This document shows, one piece after another, positions 1-8,112 of a stretch of DNA of 64,000 nt. Source of the DNA: an uncultured Gemmatimonadales bacterium (GTDB lineage Bacteria; Gemmatimonadota; Gemmatimonadetes; Gemmatimonadales; GWC2-71-9); contig CAVYSW010000005.1 of the NCBI GenBank assembly GCA_963771275.1, positions 64,001 through 128,000 on the forward strand. The letters run 5' to 3'. Position numbers and translations under genes: made by a program. The notes under the pieces were generated by a model, which saw only the letters and a program-made list of their open reading frames with translations, was not told where the DNA came from and made no database searches. Position 1 is the stretch's first letter. Every line of letters starts with the position of its first letter.

Positions 1-312
1 CGCGACGGGTCCGTGGGGCCGGGCCGGCCGGGCGCCGGCATGGTCGCGCTCGCGACCGGAGCCCAGGTGATCCCCGTCGCGCTGGACGGCATGCGGGACG
101 TGCTGCCGATCGGCTCTCACCTCCCCCGGATCGGCAAGCGCATCCACGTCTGGTACGGCCCGCCGCTGCCGGGTTCTGCAGACCCCGTCCCGGTCCCCCG
201 CCGCGAGGAGGCACAGCAGCTCGTGGACCGCGCGATGGCCGCGATCCGTGACCAGCTCGCCGCGATCCGGCGGGGGGAGATTCGGCGGGGGGCGGTGCGG
301 CTCGAGCAGTAG
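1..312 (+). CDS. Lysophospholipid (1-acyl-sn-glycerol-3-phosphate) acyltransferase, C-terminal part; truncated by window start
   Basis: Frame 1 reads RDGSVGPGRPGAGMVALATGAQVIPVALDGMRDVLPIG..RIHVWYGPPL, typical of the PlsC-family C-terminal half; stop at 310-312. Confidence 0.75.
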   Translation, partial: RDGSVGPGRPGAGMVALATGAQVIPVALDGMRDVLPIGSHLPRIGKRIHVWYGPPLPGSADPVPVPRREEAQQLVDRAMAAIRDQLAAIRRGEIRRGAVRLEQ

Positions 313-332
313 CGCCGTCGCAGCGTCCCGCC

Positions 333-2291
333 TCAGACACCATGCTTGAGCCGTTTCTCCATCGCCGCGACCGCATGCTCGATGTCCTCCCACTCGGCCA
401 TGAGGTCGGCGAGGGCACGCTGCAGATCCGCGCGCTCCGCCTGGCGAGCGCGCACCTCGTCGGCGGGCGTCCGCGCGAAGTAGTCCGGTTCGCAGCACAG
501 CCCGTCGATCTCCCGCACCCGGACCTCCGCGGCGTGGATCCGCGCGGTGGTCGTGTCGAGCCGGCGCCGGAGCGTCGCGAGGGCCCGCGTCGGGCTCGCG
601 CCGTCCGGCGAGCGCCGCACCGGCTTCGACGGCGCAGGCTTCCCCGTACGCTGCGTTCCGCGGTGCGCCCTGAGCACGACGCGGTCGATGTCGAGATGGT
701 CGTCGCCACACGCGTGGACGTACTCGTCGTACGTGCCGGGGTAGTCGGTGATGCCGTCACGCCTGATCTCGAGCACCCGCGTGGCCAGCTGGCTCACGAA
801 CCAGCGGTCGTGTGAGACGAGAATCAGGGTGCCCGTGTAGGACCGGAGTCCGTCGACCAGCGCCGCAATGGACTCGAGATCGAGGTGATTGGTCGGCTCG
901 TCGAGCACGAGCACGTTGGGGCGCTCGATGGCGAGGCGGGTGAAGATGAGGCGCGTGGTCTCCCCGCCGGACAGCGCACGCAGGGGCTTCTTGCCGTCGT
1001 CGCCGGAGAAGAGCATCAGGCCCATGGCGCCGCGCACGTAGCCGAAGTCGCGCGCGGGACAGCAGCTCCAGACCCACTGCTCGGCGGTGCCGCTCCGCGA
1101 CGCGAATTCCTCCTGGTGGTCCTGCGCGAAGTAGCCGGGGTGGGTCTCGTAGCCCCACGCCACCTCACCGGCGTCGGCCTCGAGCTGGCCCATCAGGATC
1201 TTCAGGAGGGTCGACTTGCCGACGCCGTTCGGTCCCATGATGGCGAGGCGATCCCCCCGGACAACCGTGAGATCGACGCCGTGCAGCACCGCGTTGCCGG
1301 CGAACGCCTTCTTCACGCCCTTCACGGCGAGGACCTCACGGCCACTGTCGCGCCGCGGCTCGAAGCGGAACGTCGGGGAGCGCCGCGAGCTCGGCGGCAG
1401 CTCCTGCAGCGCGTCCGCCTTCTTCTCGATCATCCGCAGCTTGCTCTGTGCCTGGCGCGCCTTGCTGGCCTTGGCGCGAAACCGCTCGACGAACTTCTGG
1501 TGATGCGCGATCTCGCGCTCACGCGCCGCGATGTCGTTCCCGCGGCGCTCCCGTTCGGCCCGCTTGGCCGCGAGAAAATCCGTGTAGGTGCCGGCGTACG
1601 CCAGGACGGTCTCGTAGTCGATGTCCAGGATGGTGGTGACCACGTTGTCGAGAAAGCGATGGTCGTGAGAGATGACGAGGACCGTCCCCGGGAAATCGCG
1701 CAGGAACTTCTCGAGCCAGCGGATCGACAGGATGTCGAGATGATTGCTCGGCTCGTCCAGGAGCAGCACGTCGGGATCGCTCGCGAGCACCTGCGCCAGC
1801 AGCACCCGCAGGCGGAACCCCCCCGAGAGCGACGCGAGCGGATCGCGATGCGCGGCCGCAGGAATGCCGAGGCCCTCGAGAATCGTGGCCGCCCGCGCCT
1901 CGGCGGCGTACCCATCGTGCCGGTGCACCGTCTCCTCGAGCGCCGCGAACCGGTGGGCATCGAAGGCCTGCTCGGCGTTGGTGAGCAGGGCCTCACGCTC
2001 GGCCATCGCGTTCCAGAGCTCCGGGTTGCCTCGCAGGGCGACGCCGAGGATGTCCTGCTCGCCAAACGCGAATTGATCCTGGCGCAACACGCCCAGCCGC
2101 AGGCGCTTCGCGACCGACACCGTGCCGGCGTCGGGGGCGAGGTCGCCGCTCAGCATCCGCAGCAGCGTGGTCTTGCCCGAACCGTTCGCGCCGACGAGGC
2201 CGTACCGCTCGCTCGGGTTGAGCTGGAACGACGCGTCGGCGAACAGGGTCCGGTCGCCGAACGACTTGGCGAGGTTGGTAACGGAGATCAC
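333..2291 (-). CDS. ybiT: ABC-F family ATPase (YbiT-like) with C-terminal coiled-coil extension
   Basis: Two ABC domains (GANGSGKT, LSGG, LLLDEPSNHLD; GPNGVGKS, LSGGE, LVLDEPTNHLD), no TM segments, RLGVLRQDQFAF segment typical of YbiT. Confidence 0.85.
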   Translation of the reverse strand: MISVTNLAKSFGDRTLFADASFQLNPSERYGLVGANGSGKTTLLRMLSGDLAPDAGTVSVAKRLRLGVLRQDQFAFGEQDILGVALRGNPELWNAMAEREALLTNAEQAFDAHRFAALEETVHRHDGYAAEARAATILEGLGIPAAAHRDPLASLSGGFRLRVLLAQVLASDPDVLLLDEPSNHLDILSIRWLEKFLRDFPGTVLVISHDHRFLDNVVTTILDIDYETVLAYAGTYTDFLAAKRAERERRGNDIAAREREIAHHQKFVERFRAKASKARQAQSKLRMIEKKADALQELPPSSRRSPTFRFEPRRDSGREVLAVKGVKKAFAGNAVLHGVDLTVVRGDRLAIMGPNGVGKSTLLKILMGQLEADAGEVAWGYETHPGYFAQDHQEEFASRSGTAEQWVWSCCPARDFGYVRGAMGLMLFSGDDGKKPLRALSGGETTRLIFTRLAIERPNVLVLDEPTNHLDLESIAALVDGLRSYTGTLILVSHDRWFVSQLATRVLEIRRDGITDYPGTYDEYVHACGDDHLDIDRVVLRAHRGTQRTGKPAPSKPVRRSPDGASPTRALATLRRRLDTTTARIHAAEVRVREIDGLCCEPDYFARTPADEVRARQAERADLQRALADLMAEWEDIEHAVAAMEKRLKHGV

Positions 2292-2385
2292 GGCCGCGCA
2301 ATCTAACCTGACTGCGCGAACGCCTCCACCTCGGACGGCGGCCCCGTGCGTGCCATCCGTGCGAGCGAAGTCCCGGCGTCCATGC

Positions 2386-3135
2386 TCAAATCCTCCGCCC
2401 CTCCGCCTCCGCCAGGCGCGCGGGCGTGCCGACGTCGATCCACTCGTGGCCCGACATGTCCACCGGCAGAATGGCGTAGCCGCGCCGCGCCAGGTCGAGG
2501 TACCAGCTGACGATCGAGAACCGGCCGGTCCGCTCGGCGAGATCGAGTACGACGGGCTCGAGCGCGTGGATCCCGGTGAACGACCAGTGGTCGAGCCGCC
2601 CGATGGGCTCGCGTACGCGGTGCGCGGCGACCACGGTCCCGTCGCTCTCGCGGTTCTCCCACCCCATCAGGCCGTCGGCGTCGAACAGCAGCTGGCGGTT
2701 GCTGTCCCGAGACTGCACCGCCACGGAGGCCACGAGCCGTCCCGCCGAGCCGCCGCGTGCCGCCCGATGCGCCGCCAGCACGCCGTCGAGCGGGATCCGC
2801 GACAGCACGTCCACGTTGTGCAGCAGGAACGGCCCGTCGCGGTGGAACAGCGGCGCCGCCGCCAGCAGCCCCCCGCCGGTGTCGTACGGCCCGCCCGGCT
2901 CCGGCGAGAGCGCGATCTCGACGCCGGGCGGCGCGTGGCGCTCGAGGAACGCGCCGATCTGCTCCGCGTGGTGGTGGGTGTTGATGACGACGCGGGTGGC
3001 GCCCGCGGCCACCAGCCGGTCCAGCACGTGGGCCAGCAGCGGGCGGCCGCGCACGACGATCAGCGCCTTCGGCATCCGGTCGGTGAGCGGGCGGAGCCGG
3101 GTGCCGGCCCCGGCCGCGAGGATCATCGCCTCCAT
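2386..3135 (-). CDS. murU: N-acetylmuramate-1-phosphate uridylyltransferase-like nucleotidyltransferase
   Basis: MEAMILAAGAGTRLRPLTDRMPKAL, DTGGGL, LLHNVDVLS, WIDVGTP; ATG at 3135 overlaps the upstream TGA (TGATG); adjacent to an AmgK-like kinase. Confidence 0.8.
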   Translation of the reverse strand: MEAMILAAGAGTRLRPLTDRMPKALIVVRGRPLLAHVLDRLVAAGATRVVINTHHHAEQIGAFLERHAPPGVEIALSPEPGGPYDTGGGLLAAAPLFHRDGPFLLHNVDVLSRIPLDGVLAAHRAARGGSAGRLVASVAVQSRDSNRQLLFDADGLMGWENRESDGTVVAAHRVREPIGRLDHWSFTGIHALEPVVLDLAERTGRFSIVSWYLDLARRGYAILPVDMSGHEWIDVGTPARLAEAEGRRI

Positions 3136-4560
3136 CACAGCTTCCCGTGCCGCACGCGCACGCCGACGTGCGGGTAGCGCCGCGCCAGGTGCCGGGCAAG
3201 CTTGGCCGCCAGGAACACGGACCGGTGCCGCCCGCCGGTGCAGCCGAACGACACGGTGAGGCTCGCGAACCCCCGCTCCACGTAGCGCTCCACGTGCGCG
3301 TCCACGATCCCGCTCACGTTCTCCCAGAACTCCTGCACCCCCGCCGAGCGCTCGAGGAACTCCACCACCGCGTCCGCCTCGCCGGTCAGCTCCTGGAGCT
3401 CGGGCTCCCGGTGCGGGTTCGGGAGCGCCCGGCAGTCGAACACGAAGCCTCCCCCATGCCCCTCCATGTCGGGTGGATAGCCGTCCCGGAACGAGAAGCT
3501 CTGAATCAGCACGACCAGCCCGCTGCGCGGCGCGGCCTCCGGCGTCGGGCCGGCCCAGCGATCGGCGATCCGGCGGAATACCTGCTCCAGCTCGGGCAGG
3601 GCCACCGGGAGGCCCGCGCGCCAGCAGCTGCTCCAGGTTGCGCGCCGCGTTGGGCACGCTCTCGAGGAACCGGCGCTTGCGCTCGAAGAAGCCACGGTAG
3701 CCGTAGGCGCCCATCGCCTGCATCAGCCGCACCAGCACGAAGCTCTTGAACCGCGACCGGAACTCGGCGCGATCCACCGTCACGTGCTCGCTCAGCGCGT
3801 CGAGGTAGTGCTCCAGCAGCGCGGCCCGCACCGCCGGCGGGAGGTTCGCCTTCGCGTCGTACAGCAGCGACGCGACGTCATAGTGCGGCGCGCCCTGCCG
3901 CCCACCCTGGAAGTCCAGGAACCACGGCTCCCCCGCGCGGATCATGATGTTGCGCGACTGGAAGTCGCGGTACAGGAAGTAGTCCGCGTCGGCCTCGAGC
4001 AGGTGCTCGGTGAGACGTGAGAAGTCGTCCTCGAGCCGCTGCTCGTTGAACGGCACGTGCGCCAGCTTGAGGAAATGGTACTTGAAGTAGTTCAGGTCCC
4101 AGCGGATCGACTGCCGGTCGAATGCCTGGCGGGGATAGGCGAGCCGGTAGTCGATCACCCGGTGGCCCAGCACCTGGAAGCGCGGCAGGATCGCGAGCGC
4201 CCGGCGGTACAGCTGCTCGATGTCGGCCGGGAACTCGTCCTCGCCGCACTCGACCCGGGCGGCGCTCAGCGCCGTGAACAGCGTGGTGTCACCGAGGTCC
4301 TCCTCCAGCCACACCCCGGCCTCGCGGTCCGCGGCGTAGATCTCGGGTACGGGGAGGCCGGCATCCCGGAACGCCTTCGCGAAGGCCAGGAAGGCGCGGT
4401 TCTCGTCGCGGTCCGGCCCGATGGCGCCGACGACCGTCAGCTCGGTGCCCCACACCAGGCGGAAGTACTGCCGCGTCGAGCCGTCCGCCGCCAGGTCGAG
4501 AATCACGTCCGGCCGGTGGCCGTAGCGCTCCTCGAACAACCCGATGAGTCGTTCTTTCAT
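3135..4560 (-). pseudogene. amgK: AmgK-like anomeric sugar kinase (APH fold) fused to a RapZ C-terminal domain, interrupted by a 1-nt frameshift near 3613-3615
   Basis: ATG 4560: DGSTRQYFR, LEEDLGD, LYRDFQSRNIM, LDFQGGR, YDVASLLYD. RapZ C-terminal motifs (IQSFSF, GGGFVFDCRALPNP, FGCTGGRHRSV) continue in another frame from about 3612 to the stop at 3135. Confidence 0.8.
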
Positions 4561-4611
4561 GCCGGTTGCTCCGCCGTGGGCTGGCCCCAGCACCCGTTGG
4601 GTCGCGATTCG

Positions 4612-5805
4612 CTAGACGGCCACCGCGCCGCGCAGCGCGTCGAGAATCACGTCCCGCGCCCGTGACGGGGCGCCGCCCTGGGCCTGATCGGCCGTGCCGC
4701 CGCCGCGGCCGCCCAGCGCGCCCGCCGCGTGCTGCAGGATCGCCGCCGCACTGAGATCGGGCAGATCCGCGCCGCGCGCGCACACCAGGCGCACGCCCTT
4801 GACGTCGCTCACCGCCAGCAGCGCGAGCGTGCGCGGCCGGGTGATGGCGTGCGACGCGATGGCGCGGGCCTGCTCGAACGAATGGCCCTCGAGGTGCGCC
4901 ACGAGGCGTCGCGCGCCGCCCTGCTCGGGCGTCTCCTGCCAGAGCCGCTGCGCCACCGCCGCCATCAGCGCATCGTCCGCGGCGTGCAACGCCCGCCGCG
5001 TCTCCTTGAGCTCGCCGTGGAGCCGGGCGACCGCGTCACCGACCTCGTTCGGGTGCACCGAGAGGTCGGCGCTCACCGCCTGTACGGCGCGCAGCACGCG
5101 CTGGTAGTCCGCGAGCGCCCGCGCGCCGCACAGGAAGGCGACGCGCATCCCGCCCTTGTAGCGCTCCAGGCGCACGATCTTCAGGATGCCGACGGCACCG
5201 GTGCGGGGCACGTGGGTGCCGCCGCAGGCCACGGCGTCGTAGTCGCGGATCCAGATCACCCGGATCGCGCCGCTCACCTTGGGCGGGCGCCGCAACGGCA
5301 CCGTGTGGATGGTCCGCTCGTCCACGACATGGACCTCGACCGGCCGGTCCTCGCAGATCACCCGGTTGACGTCCGCCTCGACCCGGAACGCGTCGTCCCA
5401 GCTCAACGCCGGCGTCGCGAGATCGATGTGGCTCGTCTCCGTCCCCAGGTGGAAGCTGATCGTTGGCGCGTCGAGCAGGCGCACGCAGGCCGCGGACAAC
5501 AGGTGCTGCCCGGAGTGCTGCTGCATATGATCGAAGCGGCGCTCCCAGTCGATCGCGCCGCGCACGGCATCACCCGCCGCCGGCCGCTCGAGCAGGTGCC
5601 ACACCGCGCCGGCCTCGTCGTCCCACACGTCGAGCACGCGCACACCGTCGAGCGAGCCGGTGTCGTGCGGCTGGCCGCCGGAGGTGGGGTAGAACGCCGT
5701 GCGGTCCAGCCGGACGGCGGGGCCGCGGTCCGTCGCCCGGTGGGCGACGACCCGTGCCGTGAACTCGCGCAGCATCGCGTCGGAGTAGTAGAGGCGCTCC
5801 GTCAT
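4612..5805 (-). CDS. Alanyl-tRNA editing protein (AlaX-L type) with DHHA1 domain
   Basis: TAFYPTSGGQPHD, RFDHMQQHSGQHLLS (HxxxH), CGGTHV (CxxxH), C-terminal GGRGGG..AQGG. Confidence 0.9.
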   Translation of the reverse strand: MTERLYYSDAMLREFTARVVAHRATDRGPAVRLDRTAFYPTSGGQPHDTGSLDGVRVLDVWDDEAGAVWHLLERPAAGDAVRGAIDWERRFDHMQQHSGQHLLSAACVRLLDAPTISFHLGTETSHIDLATPALSWDDAFRVEADVNRVICEDRPVEVHVVDERTIHTVPLRRPPKVSGAIRVIWIRDYDAVACGGTHVPRTGAVGILKIVRLERYKGGMRVAFLCGARALADYQRVLRAVQAVSADLSVHPNEVGDAVARLHGELKETRRALHAADDALMAAVAQRLWQETPEQGGARRLVAHLEGHSFEQARAIASHAITRPRTLALLAVSDVKGVRLVCARGADLPDLSAAAILQHAAGALGGRGGGTADQAQGGAPSRARDVILDALRGAVAV

Positions 5806-5821
5806 CCCATCGGCGGCGCCC

Positions 5822-6763
5822 TCACGCCGGCGCCTTGACGGCGACCTGCTCGGCGAGCGCCAGCCCCTGGCGCAGGATCTCCGCCGCGGCCGCGGGCTTG
5901 GTGTGGTAGCCGGACTTCTTGGTCGTGCGCTGGCGGATCACCAGCACGTCGACTTCCTGCTCGGTGTTGAATTCCTTGACGATGTTCTTGGGCGGATCGT
6001 ACTCGCGGTACACCGCTCCCAGCCCGAACCCCTGCTGCGTCACCAGCACGACGTAGAAGTAGGGATACGACGTGCCCTGGACCTCGTTGATCACGACCTG
6101 GCCGTACAGGCCGAGGAAGCCCTCGTCCCGGTCCGTGAGGTCGACCCGGAACTTCACGTCCTCGGGGATCCGGCCCTCCCCGCCCGGCAGGAGCATCAGC
6201 AGCCGCACCGTGTGCCGTCGGAGCGCCTCGCTCGCGGACGCGAGCACCAGGCGGGTGGCCTCGATCTGCACCTCCAGCTTGGGGCGCACGAGGATCGAGC
6301 GCGTGCCGGTGACCCAGTGCGGCCCCAGCAGCGCCGCCGCGTCGATCGCGAGGAGCCGCGGGACGCCCGGCGTCATCCCGATCGCCGCGACGATCGGCAC
6401 CGCCACGAGCAGCAGCACGATCAGGCCGAGCGGGTTGGTCACGTCGAGCGCGCTGCGATCCCAGCGGCGCATCCGGCGGTGCAGCGCCTCGAGCTCGTCC
6501 AGCTTCTCCATGCCCACCGGCTGCCACGCGCGGTGCGGATCGAACTTGCTGAGCGCCACGCGGTTGTCGTAGCCCCTGACCAGGAGCAGGAGGTTGCCGG
6601 CCACCAGCGGCACCAGCCCCGGCATCAGGGTGCCGGTGACGCCCTGGATCAGGCAGCCCGCCGCGATCAGCGCGAAGCTCGCGCCCAGCCGCACGCCGTA
6701 GGCGAGTCCCGGCAGGACCCAGAACACCACGATGCCGCGATCTGTGGGGCGGGGGAGGATCAT
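5822..6763 (-). CDS. Uncharacterised membrane protein (about 4 TM helices plus soluble C-terminal domain), coupled to the rSAM gene
   Basis: ATG 6763 overlaps the rSAM stop (ATGA); 313 aa; two pairs of hydrophobic segments, then a polar beta-rich domain (GLYGQVVINEVQGTSYPYFYVVLV, VIRQRTTKKSGYHT). Confidence 0.8.
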   Translation of the reverse strand: MILPRPTDRGIVVFWVLPGLAYGVRLGASFALIAAGCLIQGVTGTLMPGLVPLVAGNLLLLVRGYDNRVALSKFDPHRAWQPVGMEKLDELEALHRRMRRWDRSALDVTNPLGLIVLLLVAVPIVAAIGMTPGVPRLLAIDAAALLGPHWVTGTRSILVRPKLEVQIEATRLVLASASEALRRHTVRLLMLLPGGEGRIPEDVKFRVDLTDRDEGFLGLYGQVVINEVQGTSYPYFYVVLVTQQGFGLGAVYREYDPPKNIVKEFNTEQEVDVLVIRQRTTKKSGYHTKPAAAAEILRQGLALAEQVAVKAPA

Positions 6764-8112
6764 TGCGCGAAATGCTCCGCCGGCACCGGCGCGAAGCCGT
6801 TCCGGCCGTTCAGCTCGTCGAAGCCCATCTGCCGCCAGTACAGCGGGCAAGCGCCGTTGCAGATCGCGAAGTCGGCGCAGCCGCGGCAGGCGGGGTGCGC
6901 CAGGAACTTGGCGCGGAACTGCACGGCGCGGCGCGACATCCAGACGTCCCGGACGTTCTGCGCCAGCACGTTCCCGACCGGCTCGTCGTACGACGCGCAG
7001 GGCAGCACGTCGCCGTTCGCCCCGACCGACAGCAGGCCGTCGCACGCGCTGCAGCCCTTGTTGCCCAGGCCGTGCGCCACCGGATTGAACAGACACATCG
7101 GCGTGGGGGAGTACCACAGGAACTCGACGCCGTGGCGCCGGCTCTCCGCCGCGATCGCGAGCAGGTGCGGGCCGATCTCGCTGTAGCGCACCGCGAGCCG
7201 CAGGTGCAGCGCGCCGCTCCCGGCGGGCACCATCAGGTTCATGCTGAACTTGGTGGTACCGAGCTCGGTCTTCACGAACCCCGGCATCAGCGCGCACTCG
7301 GCGAGATTGTCGCGGTTGATGGTGGTGTTGGTGTGGACGTGCACGCCGGCCGCCTTGAGGTGGTGGACGGCGGCCACGGTGCGGCCGAACGAGCGCGGGA
7401 TCGTGGTCACCCGCTCGTGCACCGATGCGGTGACGCCCTCGAGGCTCACCTGCGCGGAATCGAGCCCCGCCGCCGCGAGCGTGCCGGCCAACGCCGCGGA
7501 CATCCGGGTGCCGTTGGTGATCAGGTTCACCCGCATGCCGAGTGCCTTGGCGTGGGCCACCAGCGCGGGCAGGTCCCGCCGCAGCGTCGGCTCGCCCCCG
7601 GTGAAGCTCACCGACGGGACCTCGACGTCCTGGTACAGCGCGCGCAGCACCTCCTTCACCTCGGCGGTGGTCATCTCGCGGTCGTCACCCACGGGGTTCG
7701 TGGTGCAGTTGCAGCCCGCGTAGCAGAACGTGCAGCGCAGGTTGCACCGGTAGGTGATGGCCACCTCCGAGAGAATCGGCAGCGTGGCGAACGGCAGCGC
7801 GAACGGCTGGACCTCGACGGCGCGCGTGCGCGTCGTCTCGTCCAGCGTGCCTTCGAGGAATCGCTTCACCGCGAGCAGGAAGCGCTCGATGTCGCCCGCC
7901 TTCTCCGGGTCCCGGCCGATCGCGTCGAGCACGTCGTCGATGCGCTTGCCGTCCAGCAGGTCCTTGAGCAGGGCCACCCCCTGCGGGTTCAGCTTCTGCG
8001 CCAGGTTGGGCCGCTTGATGATCAGGTTGTCGGCCGCGCGCACGAACACGTAGGGCCGGATCCGTGCCACGAACTCGTCGATCCAGGAGAGGTCGGGCGG
8101 GGCGGCGGGCAT
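6760..8112 (-). CDS. Radical SAM/SPASM protein with probable N-terminal RRE (PqqD-like) domain; putative peptide/protein maturase
   Basis: CNLRCTFC (CxxxCxxC), FTGGEPTLR, LITNGT, QVSLEG; SPASM cysteines GCSAC..GDVLPC..CRGC-X5-C-X3-CP; about 100-aa N-terminal domain (LIIKRPNLAQKLNPQGVALLKDLLDGKRIDDVL) with an RRE-like strand/helix pattern; ATG 8112 overlaps upstream TGA; 450 aa. Confidence 0.92.
   Translation of the reverse strand: MPAAPPDLSWIDEFVARIRPYVFVRAADNLIIKRPNLAQKLNPQGVALLKDLLDGKRIDDVLDAIGRDPEKAGDIERFLLAVKRFLEGTLDETTRTRAVEVQPFALPFATLPILSEVAITYRCNLRCTFCYAGCNCTTNPVGDDREMTTAEVKEVLRALYQDVEVPSVSFTGGEPTLRRDLPALVAHAKALGMRVNLITNGTRMSAALAGTLAAAGLDSAQVSLEGVTASVHERVTTIPRSFGRTVAAVHHLKAAGVHVHTNTTINRDNLAECALMPGFVKTELGTTKFSMNLMVPAGSGALHLRLAVRYSEIGPHLLAIAAESRRHGVEFLWYSPTPMCLFNPVAHGLGNKGCSACDGLLSVGANGDVLPCASYDEPVGNVLAQNVRDVWMSRRAVQFRAKFLAHPACRGCADFAICNGACPLYWRQMGFDELNGRNGFAPVPAEHFAQ

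Noticed and set aside
2386..4593. 735-aa ORF as a genuine AmgK-MurU fusion
   Set aside because: The joining ~160 codons are junk-like while the alternate frame encodes a clear RapZ C-terminal domain, and MurU has its own coupled ATG; a single-base frameshift explains it.
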